Source of the DNA: Bacillota bacterium | GTDB lineage: Bacteria > Bacillota > Clostridia > Christensenellales > CAG-917 | Direction: 5' to 3' | DNA: 64,000 nt | NCBI GenBank assembly: GCA_023665365.1 | Contig: JAMPEA010000006.1 | Span: 5,336 to 69,335, forward strand | In this document: positions 38,904-48,067 of the stretch, piece by piece | How positions within the stretch are numbered: position 1 is the first letter of the stretch | How the letters are laid out: each line of letters opens with the position of its first letter | Translations under genes and position numbers: made by a program | Notes under the pieces: generated by a model | Told to the model about the DNA's origin: nothing | What the model saw: only the letters and a program-made list of their open reading frames with translations | Databases searched by the model: none

Positions 38904-39947
38904 TTATATTATTCCTATATAACTTTCAAAGCTATCGAACGTCAGTTTTTTGACGGCGGGATTTCCCATTCCCCTCAAAGTGACGACCGATATTTCGTTT
39001 GACCCCTCCGCCTTTTTATCGACGGCGACCAAACTCATAACGCTTTTATCTATCCGCGGCATCTCGCCGAACCCGTATTTCAAAAGCAATCCGTCAATGC
39101 GGTCGCAATCGTCTTTTGAAAGTTCCCCGTATCTTAAAGCCGCGTGCGCCATAACCGCTATGCCCTTTGCAACCGCAACGCCGTGAGAAACCTCAAAATC
39201 GCTTTGCTTTTCTATCGCGTGCCCGAGCGTGTGCCCGAGGTTTAACAGCTTGCGCAGACCGCTTTCTTTTTCGTCCTCGGCTACTATGTCGGCTTTATAC
39301 TTTGCGCACAGCCGCACGAATTCTTCGAGGTTGCCGTTATCAAGCCCGTCTTTCAATATGTCGTATATTTTTCCGCCAGCAAGACACGCGTACTTTATGC
39401 CCTCGCCGATGCCGTTCTCCCACTCCTTTTCAGGCAGAGTATCAAGCGCGGCAATATCCGCAAGCACGAGCTTGGGCTGATAAAACGCGCCGAGCAAGTT
39501 CTTTCCGAAAGGCAAATCCACGCCGGTCTTTCCGCCAATCGAGCTGTCTATCATCGCAAGCAGAGTGGTAGGCACTTGCACAACGTCTATGCCTCGCATA
39601 TAGGTAGCGGCGGCAAATCCCGCAACGTCGCCGACGACCCCGCCGCCGAGCGCGACGACCGCGTCCGTCCGTTTAAAGCCGCTTTCGCCGAGCGCGGATA
39701 TTATGCCGAGATAGGTTTCGGCTGTCTTGGAACGCTCGCCCGCCTCGAATACGAACGAATGGACTTCGTATCCCGCAAGCGACCGCTTTGCGCTTTCGAG
39801 ATACAGCTTTTGCACGTTAGTATCGGTGACTACGAGAATTTTGTTTGCGCGCGTAACCTTTTTAAGCTCCTCGCCGAGCCTTGCGAGCGCGCCTCTTTCT
39901 ATCAAAATACTATAAGGAGAATTTACTTTGACTTCTATACTACTCAT
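38904..39947 (-). CDS. aroB: 3-dehydroquinate synthase
   Basis: GGGVVGD, PTTLLAMIDSSIGGKT, LLNLGHTLGHAIE and HGVAV motifs. Confidence 0.97.
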   Translation of the reverse strand: MSSIEVKVNSPYSILIERGALARLGEELKKVTRANKILVVTDTNVQKLYLESAKRSLAGYEVHSFVFEAGERSKTAETYLGIISALGESGFKRTDAVVALGGGVVGDVAGFAAATYMRGIDVVQVPTTLLAMIDSSIGGKTGVDLPFGKNLLGAFYQPKLVLADIAALDTLPEKEWENGIGEGIKYACLAGGKIYDILKDGLDNGNLEEFVRLCAKYKADIVAEDEKESGLRKLLNLGHTLGHAIEKQSDFEVSHGVAVAKGIAVMAHAALRYGELSKDDCDRIDGLLLKYGFGEMPRIDKSVMSLVAVDKKAEGSNEISVVTLRGMGNPAVKKLTFDSFESYIGII

Positions 39948-40797
39948 TGTTTTTCTCCTTTAACGCGCTATCGGCGATTTCCTTACAAGCGCTCCCTTGC
40001 GCCAAAATCTGTTTGAGTTTTGCTTCGTCGCCGTCTTTTAGCGCGTCGCTCATCTCTTTTAGTCTGCCCGCAATATCGTCGATGCAGTTTATAAGATTGT
40101 CCTTATTTTGCAAAAACAGCTCTGTCCACATATCGGGATTTAGCCTTGCAACCCTCGTGAGGTCGGCAAAACTGCCCGCCGAATAACCCGCGTGCTCCTT
40201 GGAGTGCGGATTTTGTACGTAACAACTCGAAACCGCGTGCGCGAGTTGTGAGGTGTATGCAATCATCTCGTCGTGGCGTTCCGCCGAGCAGACCTCAACG
40301 CCCTTAAACCCTATTTCGAGCGCCAGCCTATTGAGCAAAGCCACGGGATAAGCGTCGCCGTCTATCGGCGCGAGTATCAGATACGCGCCGTTAAAGAGGT
40401 TGGGCTCAGAGTAATCTATCCCGCTATACTCCCTGCCTGCCATCGGGTGTGTGCCGACGAAATGCAGGGTCGGATACTTCTTTCTAAGCTCGGTCATCTC
40501 GCCGCAAATTATACGTTTAATCCCGCAAGTATCGGCGACGGTCGCGCCGTTTTTCAAAAGCGGACAAATCCGCTTCATCTCGCTTATCGCAATATCGGGA
40601 TTGAGCGCGAATACGACCAAATCGAGATTTTTAAAGTCGCTATCGGCAAGCGCGCGCGTATGCGCGCTAAGCTCATCCGCCCTTTTCAGCACCTCGGTGC
40701 TAACGTCGTATCCGTACACCTCGTGCGAGGTGTATTTCAATATCGCTTCTGCAAGCGACGCGCCGATGAGTCCCATTCCGATTATCGCAATTTTCAT
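39940..40797 (-). CDS. tyrA: Prephenate dehydrogenase
   Basis: GMGLIGAS, HPMAG, HDEMIAYTSQLAH and DLTRVA motifs. Confidence 0.95.
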   Translation of the reverse strand: MKIAIIGMGLIGASLAEAILKYTSHEVYGYDVSTEVLKRADELSAHTRALADSDFKNLDLVVFALNPDIAISEMKRICPLLKNGATVADTCGIKRIICGEMTELRKKYPTLHFVGTHPMAGREYSGIDYSEPNLFNGAYLILAPIDGDAYPVALLNRLALEIGFKGVEVCSAERHDEMIAYTSQLAHAVSSCYVQNPHSKEHAGYSAGSFADLTRVARLNPDMWTELFLQNKDNLINCIDDIAGRLKEMSDALKDGDEAKLKQILAQGSACKEIADSALKEKNNE

Positions 40798-40802
40798 ATT
40801 TA

Positions 40803-41816
40803 TCAGTCGAGCTCTTTGCCCACGACGGGTAGCATCGGGCTAATCGAATCCACAACGTCCTTAAACTGCTCGGGGCGTATGGACTGCGCGCCGTCGCAGA
40901 GAGCGTGCGCGGGGTCGTTGTGCACCTCTATCATAAGTCCGTCCGCGCCTGCGCCGACGGCGGCAAGGCTCATCGGCTTTACAAATCTCGATATGCCGAG
41001 CGCGTGCGACGGGTCAACGATAATCGGCAAATGCGTGCGCTCTTTGAGCACGGGGATTGCAGACAAATCAAGAGTATTGCGGGTGTAGGTTTCATAAGTC
41101 CTTATCCCGCGCTCGCAGAGAATGACGTTCGGATTGCCCTCGGACATAATGTACTCTGCGCTCATAAGCCACTCCTCTATGGTGGCGGCGATGCCGCGCT
41201 TTAAGAGGATTGGGGTTTTGAGTTTGCCGAGCCTTTTGAGCAAATCGAAATTCTGCATATTGCGCGCGCCTACTTGAATGAGGTCAACGTCGATAAAATC
41301 GTCGATATGCTCCTCGCTCATAATCTCGGTGACGATGGGCATACCCGTTTCCGCCTTGGCTTTTTTGAGGAGCGCCAAGCCGTTTACGCCCATGCCTTGA
41401 AAGGAATAAGGCGAGGTGCGAGGTTTAAACGCGCCGCCGCGCAGCAACGTCGCGCCCGCGTTTTTGACTGCGGTCGCCACCTCTATAATCTGATTTTCGC
41501 TCTCGACCGAGCACGGACCGGCGATTATCTGAAAATGCTCCCCTCCGAATTTTTGACCGCCCACGTCTATGACGGAATCCGCAGGGTGAAACTTGCGGTT
41601 GGCGTTTTTATACGGCTCTTGCACGCGGGTGACGCTTTCGACAATATCGAGAGTGCGGATAAGCTCAATATCGACCTTCGTCGTATCGCCGACAAGCCCG
41701 ATGACCGTCGAGTTTGCGCCCTCGCTCATATGTACTTTAAGTCCCAATCCCTCAACCCAGTTGACGAGGTTTTGAATCTGTTTTTGTTCCTGATCTTTTT
41801 TTATAACGACTATCAT
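40803..41816 (-). CDS. aroF: DAHP synthase (type I-beta, N-terminal regulatory domain)
   Basis: AGPCSVE, GGAFKPRTSPY, QVGARNMQN, CERGIR and DPSH motifs. Confidence 0.96.
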   Translation of the reverse strand: MIVVIKKDQEQKQIQNLVNWVEGLGLKVHMSEGANSTVIGLVGDTTKVDIELIRTLDIVESVTRVQEPYKNANRKFHPADSVIDVGGQKFGGEHFQIIAGPCSVESENQIIEVATAVKNAGATLLRGGAFKPRTSPYSFQGMGVNGLALLKKAKAETGMPIVTEIMSEEHIDDFIDVDLIQVGARNMQNFDLLKRLGKLKTPILLKRGIAATIEEWLMSAEYIMSEGNPNVILCERGIRTYETYTRNTLDLSAIPVLKERTHLPIIVDPSHALGISRFVKPMSLAAVGAGADGLMIEVHNDPAHALCDGAQSIRPEQFKDVVDSISPMLPVVGKELD

Positions 41817-42081
41817 AAATCCTCTTAACGTCGCGTTTAACGGCTTAGCGAATGTTTATATAATAATATAATACATATAAAGTATTATAGCAAGATAATT
41901 ATTTTAATTGAAGCTAAAAAATTGCAAAAAGGCTTGAAAAGTCCCTGATTTGTAAAAAATAAAGCTGTTTTTAAACGTTCTCGCTGCTATTTTCAAAATT
42001 TGCAAATCATCCGCGTAAAAACTAAAAACGCACTTTATCGTGCGTTTTCGTCTTATAAAGCCGTTGTTTTGGCAGCTTCGA

Positions 42082-42615
42082 TTATAGTTTGTTTTTGAAA
42101 ATACTGTTTCCGCAAGCGTCAATTCCCACGATAAGAGGAAAGTTTTCGACCTCGAATCTATACATAGCTTCCGTGCCGAGCTCGCCGTAGGCTATAAGCG
42201 TGGAGCTCTTTATACAGTCCGCATAAGTCGCGCCCGCGCCGCCGATTGCGCAAAGATACACTGCCTTATTTCGTACGATTGCATCGTACACGGCTTGCCC
42301 TCTGTCCCCCTTGCCTATGCTTGCGCCGACGCCGTTATCGTACAAGGTAGGCGCGTATTTATCCATGCGCATAGAGGTGGTAGGTCCTGCCGAAAGCGGC
42401 TTGCCGTTTTTGTCGAAGCACGCCCCGACGTAGTATATCGCCTGCCCATCGAGATTGATAGGCAACGCCCCGTCCGACAGTATCGCGTCGTACATTCTCT
42501 TATGCCCCGCGTCGCGCGCGGTGTAGATTGCTCCGTCGAGAAGCACCCTGTCGCCTACGCGCAGTTTTGCAAGCTCCGCCTTATCGAATGGAGCGGTCAA
42601 ACGTATATATCCCAT
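42082..42615 (-). CDS. Fe-S fumarate hydratase (class I) beta subunit
   Basis: TARDAGHKR, GPTTSMRM, IGKG and LGTEA motifs. Confidence 0.9.
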   Translation of the reverse strand: MGYIRLTAPFDKAELAKLRVGDRVLLDGAIYTARDAGHKRMYDAILSDGALPINLDGQAIYYVGACFDKNGKPLSAGPTTSMRMDKYAPTLYDNGVGASIGKGDRGQAVYDAIVRNKAVYLCAIGGAGATYADCIKSSTLIAYGELGTEAMYRFEVENFPLIVGIDACGNSIFKNKL

Positions 42616-42625
42616 ATTTCACCTC

Positions 42626-43462
42626 TCAAAGCGCGACGCTCGATAAGCGCTCCGCATTGCACTGGATATTTACAGCGACGGGAAGCGCCGCTATATGCGT
42701 CGGATACTTGCCTATATGCACCGCGAGCGCGGTCGTATCTCCTCCGAAGCCCTGCGCGCCTATGCCGAGGGCGTTAATATCTTTAAGCAGTTCGCGCTCT
42801 AACTCCGCAAGGGTTTCGTCCTCGCTCGGCGCGCCGATTTCGCGCAAAAGCTGTTCCTTTGCAACAAGCATCGCTTTTTCAGCCGTGCCGCCTATCCCTA
42901 CGCCGACGACTATGGGCGGACATGGCTTTGACCCCGCTTGTTTTACAGCATCTAACACGCTGTTTTTCACGCCCTCGATGCCCGCGGACGGAGTAAGCAT
43001 ATATAGACGGGACATATTTTCGCTTCCGAAGCCCTTTGGCAAAAACGTGATTTTGAGGCTGTCGCCCTCAACAAGCGTGACGTGCGTGACGGCGGGAGTG
43101 TTGTCGCGCGTATTTATGCGGGTGATGGGGTCGAGCACGCTTGCGCGGTAGCCGTTTTCAACGTAGCCCCTGCGCACGCCCTCGTTCACTGCGTCTTGAA
43201 GCAATCCGCCCGAGATATGCACCTCTTGTCCAAGCCTTATAAACACGACCGCCATGCCGGTATCCTGACATACGGGGAGTTTGCGCTCCTTTGCGACCTT
43301 TGCGTTTTCGATGAGCATTTCGAGCGCGAATTTTGCGTTTTTGTCGTTCTCTTTGTCATATGCCTCCTGCATCGCGCGCGAGCAAGACGGAGTGAGCCGC
43401 GTGCACGCCTCGGTGAGCCCGTACACCGCATCGACTATTTGATTGTAAGTTATTTCTCTCAT
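42626..43462 (-). CDS. Fe-S fumarate hydratase (class I) alpha subunit
   Basis: PVCQDTG, PKGFGSEN, PCPP..VGVGIGG and HIAALP..NIQC motifs; divergent from malic enzyme. Confidence 0.92.
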   Translation of the reverse strand: MREITYNQIVDAVYGLTEACTRLTPSCSRAMQEAYDKENDKNAKFALEMLIENAKVAKERKLPVCQDTGMAVVFIRLGQEVHISGGLLQDAVNEGVRRGYVENGYRASVLDPITRINTRDNTPAVTHVTLVEGDSLKITFLPKGFGSENMSRLYMLTPSAGIEGVKNSVLDAVKQAGSKPCPPIVVGVGIGGTAEKAMLVAKEQLLREIGAPSEDETLAELERELLKDINALGIGAQGFGGDTTALAVHIGKYPTHIAALPVAVNIQCNAERLSSVAL

Positions 43463-43573
43463 ATCGAAAATTATAAACTAAAAAACTTATATTTTCAACA
43501 CATTTCGATAATGGTTGTTTTATTTTGCGGATTGTAGTAAAATCTATCTCGGAAAACAAAATCGGAGAAAGCT

Positions 43574-44743
43574 ATGGATTATCAAAAACTCTCGCTTGAA
43601 AAGCACTTTGAATGGAAAGGCAAACTCGAAATGACATCGCGCGTCAAGGTGGACGGCAAGGACGCGCTTTCGCTTGCGTACACCCCCGGGGTCGCCGCGC
43701 CCTGCCTTGCGATAAAGGACAATCCCGATTTGTCCTACTCGCTGACCCGCCGCTGGAACACCGTAGCGGTGGTGACGGACGGCTCGGCTGTGCTCGGGCT
43801 TGGCAATATCGGACCGCTTGCGGGAATGCCCGTCATGGAGGGGAAATGCGTGCTGTTTAAGGAGTTTGCAAATATCGACGCAATCCCGATTTGCCTCGAC
43901 ACGCAAAACGTAGATGAGATTGTTGCGACCGTCAAGGCAATATCGCCGAGCTTCGGCGGCATAAACTTGGAGGACATCTCCGCGCCCCGTTGCTTCGAGG
44001 TGGAGCGCAGGCTAAAAGAAATCTGCAACGTTCCCGTCTTTCACGACGACCAGCACGGCACGGCAATCGTACTTGCCGCCGCACTCAAAAACGCACTTAA
44101 ACTACTCAAAAAGGATATATCAACTGCCCGTTTGGTCATAAACGGCGCAGGAAGCGCAGGTATCGCCATTGCGGAATTTTTGCTTCTTTTAGGCGCAAAA
44201 GACCTCGTTGTGTGCGACAGGCTCGGCATAATAGACGAGACGGATAAATTCAACTGCGCGCAGAATGCGCTTGCAACGCGTACAAATCCGCGCGGAGTAA
44301 AAGGCACTCTTGCAGACGCTGTAAAGGGCGCGGACGCGTTTATCGGCGTAAGCACCAAAGACGTACTCTCACAAGATATGGTTCGCTCTATGGCAAACGA
44401 GCCAATCGTATTCGCAATGGCAAATCCCTCGCCCGAAATCATGCCCGAGCTCGCGCTCGAAGCGGGCGCACGCGTAGTCGCGACGGGGCGTAGCGACCTG
44501 CCAAATCAGATAAACAACGTGCTTGCGTTCCCGGGGATATTCAGAGGCGCACTCGACACGAGGGCAAGCAGTATAAACGAGCAGATGAAAATCGCCGCAT
44601 CCCAAGCACTTGCCGAACTGGTCGGCGACGAGGAGCTTTGCGACACGTACATTTTGCCAAAAGCGTTTGACCCGCGCGTAGCTCCCGCAGTTGCAAACGC
44701 GGTCGCCGCCGCCGCAAAAGCGAGCGGAGTAGCAAGAATATAA
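43574..44743 (+). CDS. NAD(P)-dependent malic enzyme
   Basis: AYTPGVA, TDGSAVLGLG, PVMEGK, NLEDI, FHDDQHGT and NQINNVLAFPG motifs. Confidence 0.96.
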   Translation: MDYQKLSLEKHFEWKGKLEMTSRVKVDGKDALSLAYTPGVAAPCLAIKDNPDLSYSLTRRWNTVAVVTDGSAVLGLGNIGPLAGMPVMEGKCVLFKEFANIDAIPICLDTQNVDEIVATVKAISPSFGGINLEDISAPRCFEVERRLKEICNVPVFHDDQHGTAIVLAAALKNALKLLKKDISTARLVINGAGSAGIAIAEFLLLLGAKDLVVCDRLGIIDETDKFNCAQNALATRTNPRGVKGTLADAVKGADAFIGVSTKDVLSQDMVRSMANEPIVFAMANPSPEIMPELALEAGARVVATGRSDLPNQINNVLAFPGIFRGALDTRASSINEQMKIAASQALAELVGDEELCDTYILPKAFDPRVAPAVANAVAAAAKASGVARI

Positions 44744-44765
44744 AAATATATTTTGATTTAAAAGT

Positions 44766-44797
44766 AAAAACACAGCCGATTGCGACTGTGTTTTTTT
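44766..44797. terminator. Bidirectional intrinsic terminator
   Basis: AAAAACACAG..loop..CTGTGTTTTTT between convergent genes. Confidence 0.75.
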
Positions 44798-44814
44798 GTT
44801 ATCTCATATCTTTA

Positions 44815-45351
44815 TTATCCGTTCATTGCCTTGGCAAGTTTTTCAGCCTGTCTTTGAATTTGATTCTCGTTATAATTTTCAATTGCGCTGTTTATCATAT
44901 TTTTAACTTTGGCGCCGTTTTTAATCCCATCAAAATTGTGAACGTTTTTATCTCCGCTACCCGATATATGTATGCTGTTATAGTTTAAAAGTCTGCCCCA
45001 GAACGTAGCGTTTATGGTGACGGTATCAATCTTATCTAAGCGCAAATCCACGACGTGTATTGCCACTACACCCGACTTACCTATTATTCGCCTGTCCGTA
45101 ATTGCAAGTTCATTGCACTTAATACGTATGACTGCAACCAAAACGGGCAAAATTGACAGTATGAGCAAAACCACGCCGAAAACCGTGGCAATAGTATGGA
45201 TTTCCCCATTATTAGCCACTACAAAGCAACTAATAGCAAATATCAGTATCAGCACCGACCAAATGATTTTAGGCACCGCTTTAAGTAAACTGAATTTTAC
45301 TGTTCCGAGAATTTTTTCATCGGGCATAAGATTGTTTTTTGCATAACTCAT
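44815..45351 (-). CDS. Membrane protein with a bacterial PH (bPH_2-like) domain
   Basis: Two TM helices, then ELAITDRRIIGKSG...LDKIDTV...GRLLNY; AT-rich. Confidence 0.75.
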   Translation of the reverse strand: MSYAKNNLMPDEKILGTVKFSLLKAVPKIIWSVLILIFAISCFVVANNGEIHTIATVFGVVLLILSILPVLVAVIRIKCNELAITDRRIIGKSGVVAIHVVDLRLDKIDTVTINATFWGRLLNYNSIHISGSGDKNVHNFDGIKNGAKVKNMINSAIENYNENQIQRQAEKLAKAMNG

Positions 45352-45377
45352 AAAAAGACCTCGCTTGTTTTTTTATA

Positions 45378-45433
45378 ATTATATTAGGTCATTTGACCTA
45401 TGTCAAGACTTTTGACCTAATCGCTAATATAAT
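45378..45433. promoter_or_regulatory. Divergent promoters with a palindromic operator
   Basis: Minus-strand consensus TTGACA (45401-45406), 17 bp, TATAAT (45378-45383); the spacer holds TAGGTCATTTGACCTA; extra TTGACCT half-site at 45412; plus-strand TATAAT at 45428-45433, just before the XRE ATG. Confidence 0.75.
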
Positions 45434-45439
45434 TCGATT

Positions 45440-45637
45440 ATGCCGTATATTGAAATAATAAAGCAGTTTATGATTGAAAACGATATGAGTCAGCAAAAAT
45501 TTGCGGACGCTATCGGTGTTAATCAAACGACCGTCGGTCAGTGGTTGCTCGGCAAAAAGAAGCCGGGATATGACAGCATTATGATGATGTATGAGAAATT
45601 TAAAATCGAACCTAACAGTTTATTCGGAATAGAATAG
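45440..45637 (+). CDS. XRE-family HTH regulator (65 aa)
   Basis: MSQQKFADAIGVNQTTVGQWLLGKKKP helix-turn-helix. Confidence 0.9.
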   Translation: MPYIEIIKQFMIENDMSQQKFADAIGVNQTTVGQWLLGKKKPGYDSIMMMYEKFKIEPNSLFGIE

Positions 45638-45640
45638 TAA

Positions 45641-45665
45641 AAAGCCTCGCGTTTTGCGAGGCTTT
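45641..45665. terminator. Bidirectional intrinsic terminator
   Basis: AAAGCCTCGC-GTTTT-GCGAGGCTTT between convergent genes. Confidence 0.75.
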
Positions 45666-45668
45666 AAT

Positions 45669-46367
45669 TTATAGATTTACATTCAGGAGCTTTGCAAGTT
45701 CGCCTACGTCGCGGGCGAATATCTTTCCGCCGTGGGCGCGCAAAAAATCCTCGTCGCGATAGCCGTAGCAGACGCTTATGCACTTCAACCCCGCTCTGCT
45801 TGCGGCAAGTATATCCGCGTCGCCGTCGCCCACGTACACGGCTTCGCTTTTGTCAACCGACAGCTTTGCAAGCGCGTCGAGGAGCATATCGGGCGCGGGC
45901 TTTAATCTGACGCCCTCCCTATCGCCTTCTTGCGCATCAAAAATACCCGAAAACAGCCTGTCGTTGAGCCTCTCGACCGCCTCTTGCACCTTGTTGGATA
46001 CGACGGCGGTCTTGATACCGCGCTCTTTCAACGCGTTCAGCAGTGGTACTATTCCGTCGTAGGGATAGGTATTGTCCTCGCCGTGTTCGATATAAAAGTT
46101 TCTGAATTCCTCGCCGACGGCTTTGCACGCACTTGAAAATTTCTCTTGTCTGTCGGGACTGTCGTCGTCATTGGCTTTTAGGCTATCGGGAATTGCGCGA
46201 GCAATGAGCAATCCCACCCCGTCGCCGATAAAAGACTGCACTTCCTCGCGCGTGCGTTCGCCGTAGCCGCAAGCCCTAAGCGAATGATTTAGCGCGATAT
46301 GCAAGTCTTTTAGCGTATCGAGCAAAGTCCCGTCCATATCGAAAATAACCGCTTTAAAGTCCATCAT
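45669..46367 (-). CDS. HAD-family phosphatase (phosphoglycolate phosphatase-like)
   Basis: FDMDGTLLDT, VVSNK, KPAPD and YVGD motifs. Confidence 0.92.
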   Translation of the reverse strand: MMDFKAVIFDMDGTLLDTLKDLHIALNHSLRACGYGERTREEVQSFIGDGVGLLIARAIPDSLKANDDDSPDRQEKFSSACKAVGEEFRNFYIEHGEDNTYPYDGIVPLLNALKERGIKTAVVSNKVQEAVERLNDRLFSGIFDAQEGDREGVRLKPAPDMLLDALAKLSVDKSEAVYVGDGDADILAASRAGLKCISVCYGYRDEDFLRAHGGKIFARDVGELAKLLNVNL

Positions 46368-46458
46368 AGTTCACCGTCCGCACTTAATATACATTTGTAC
46401 AATAACTTATTATAGCATTTTCTTCATAATCGTCAACAGGCGGGCATAATTTTTGTAG

Positions 46459-47625
46459 ATGAAAAAGTCCTTAAAGACAACCTTTTTATATATAGGGACG
46501 GCGATAGGCGCGGGATTTTCGTCGGGCAAGGAGATAGCGCTGTTTTTCGGAGACGCGTCGCCTTTCAACGTAGCGATTTCGTCGGTGTTTATGGCGCTCC
46601 TATGCGGGCTTTTTCTGATTGTAGGCAAGCTGGGGCTTATGCCCAAAAACAGACTTATGGGGCTATGTATATTTTTCTCGGCAGGCATATCGCTATGCTC
46701 CATGTGCGCGGGCGGAGAGTTTGTGATGCGCTCGATGACGGGCTTGCCGATGCTGGGGCTTGCTATGGCGATACTCGGCGCGATAATCGTAATCCTCGGC
46801 ATAGAAAAGATAAAGTTTGTAAACACGATTATAGTCCCCCTCATCGTCGTATGCGTGGCTATGATATTTTTCAAGCTCGACCCGCAAAATCACACGTTGC
46901 CCTTCAATATCGCAAAGCCGATTTTGTATAGCGGACTCGACGTGCTGCTTGGCGGAGTGATAATCTCCGAGGAAGGCAAAAAGATGAGCTATAAGGAGAT
47001 ATTTCTCACCTGCGGATTTATCTCCGTTTGTCTGTTCGCCCTGCTGTTTATGCTCCAAACGGTGGTTTTAGCTGACGAAATAGGCACTTCAATGCCCGTT
47101 TTAGCGGTTTCGGAAAAATTCGGACTTAAAGCCGCGTGCGGAGTTTTGATTGCGGGCGCGATATTTACGACGCTTGTATCCTCCCTAAAAATCGCGTCCG
47201 ACCGCATATCGGGCGCGCTTGCGAGCACGAAAAAACTCGCCAGATTCGGCGAGCGAGATTATCGCGCGATAATAGTATTCGGCTGTCTTGTTATCGCCTA
47301 TCCAATAAGTTTCGTAGGCTTCGACAATATTGTAGACACTATGTATCCGTTTATAAGCTGGTGCGGAATAGCGCTGACCGCGATAGTGTTTTTGCGTCTG
47401 CTTGCAAGGTGTATCAGGCGCGCGCTGTCAGTGATTGTAGTCAAAAGAAACGTCAGTCGTGACAGTCGCACCCGTCATGATGCGAATGGTCGTGATGACA
47501 ATCACACTCGTCGTAGTTGTGGTGGCAGTCGCAATCGTCATCGTCGCAGTCGTCTTGACGCTCGTCGTCTGCCCAAAGCCCCTCGAAGGGCGATTTGCGG
47601 TCGTCCTCCTCGTCCAAACCTTTGA
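46459..47625 (+). CDS. YkvI-like polytopic membrane protein, with a C-terminal extension overlapping the convergent gene
   Basis: YIGTAIGAGFSSGKEI..FF, AIFTT and VGFDNIVDTMYP motifs; many hydrophobic segments. Confidence 0.8.
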   Translation: MKKSLKTTFLYIGTAIGAGFSSGKEIALFFGDASPFNVAISSVFMALLCGLFLIVGKLGLMPKNRLMGLCIFFSAGISLCSMCAGGEFVMRSMTGLPMLGLAMAILGAIIVILGIEKIKFVNTIIVPLIVVCVAMIFFKLDPQNHTLPFNIAKPILYSGLDVLLGGVIISEEGKKMSYKEIFLTCGFISVCLFALLFMLQTVVLADEIGTSMPVLAVSEKFGLKAACGVLIAGAIFTTLVSSLKIASDRISGALASTKKLARFGERDYRAIIVFGCLVIAYPISFVGFDNIVDTMYPFISWCGIALTAIVFLRLLARCIRRALSVIVVKRNVSRDSRTRHDANGRDDNHTRRSCGGSRNRHRRSRLDARRLPKAPRRAICGRPPRPNL

Positions 47626-48067
47626 GGTAGCGATAAAGCGGGTCGTCGGAAAAATCCTCTTTTAAGTCGAAATCTCCGCCGAGCTCCTCAACGGCGTTGC
47701 GCAGTTCCATATACTCGTTGTAGTTGGGCTCGTACTCGTCGCAGAACGTCTTTAAAACCTGTATGCCCTGTTCGTCGCCGTAGCTCCCGATGAGCTTTGC
47801 AAACAGCGCGACGTCCTCGCCCTTATAGAGGTAGCTTACAAGCCCCATAAAAATCGCCTTGTTGCCCTTGTACTGCGCAAGCACTTCCATGAGCATCTTG
47901 CCCGTGTCGCCGTCGAGCGAATAGGATTTTTTAAGCATCTCGTCCACGATTTCGTCGCAGTCTTCGAGCAGATATTCGTACGCTTCGAGGCGCACGTTAT
48001 AAGGAATACTCTCGTCGAGCATAGTATCGAGCATTTCAAGCATTTGTTCTCTATTCTTTTCCGTCAT
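47453..48067 (-). CDS. Acidic helical hypothetical protein with a Cys/His/Asp-rich tail
   Basis: Host-like codon usage, overlaps the upstream TPR gene; tail DCDCHHNYDECDCHHDHSHHDGCDCHD. Confidence 0.8.
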   Translation of the reverse strand: MTEKNREQMLEMLDTMLDESIPYNVRLEAYEYLLEDCDEIVDEMLKKSYSLDGDTGKMLMEVLAQYKGNKAIFMGLVSYLYKGEDVALFAKLIGSYGDEQGIQVLKTFCDEYEPNYNEYMELRNAVEELGGDFDLKEDFSDDPLYRYLKGLDEEDDRKSPFEGLWADDERQDDCDDDDCDCHHNYDECDCHHDHSHHDGCDCHD

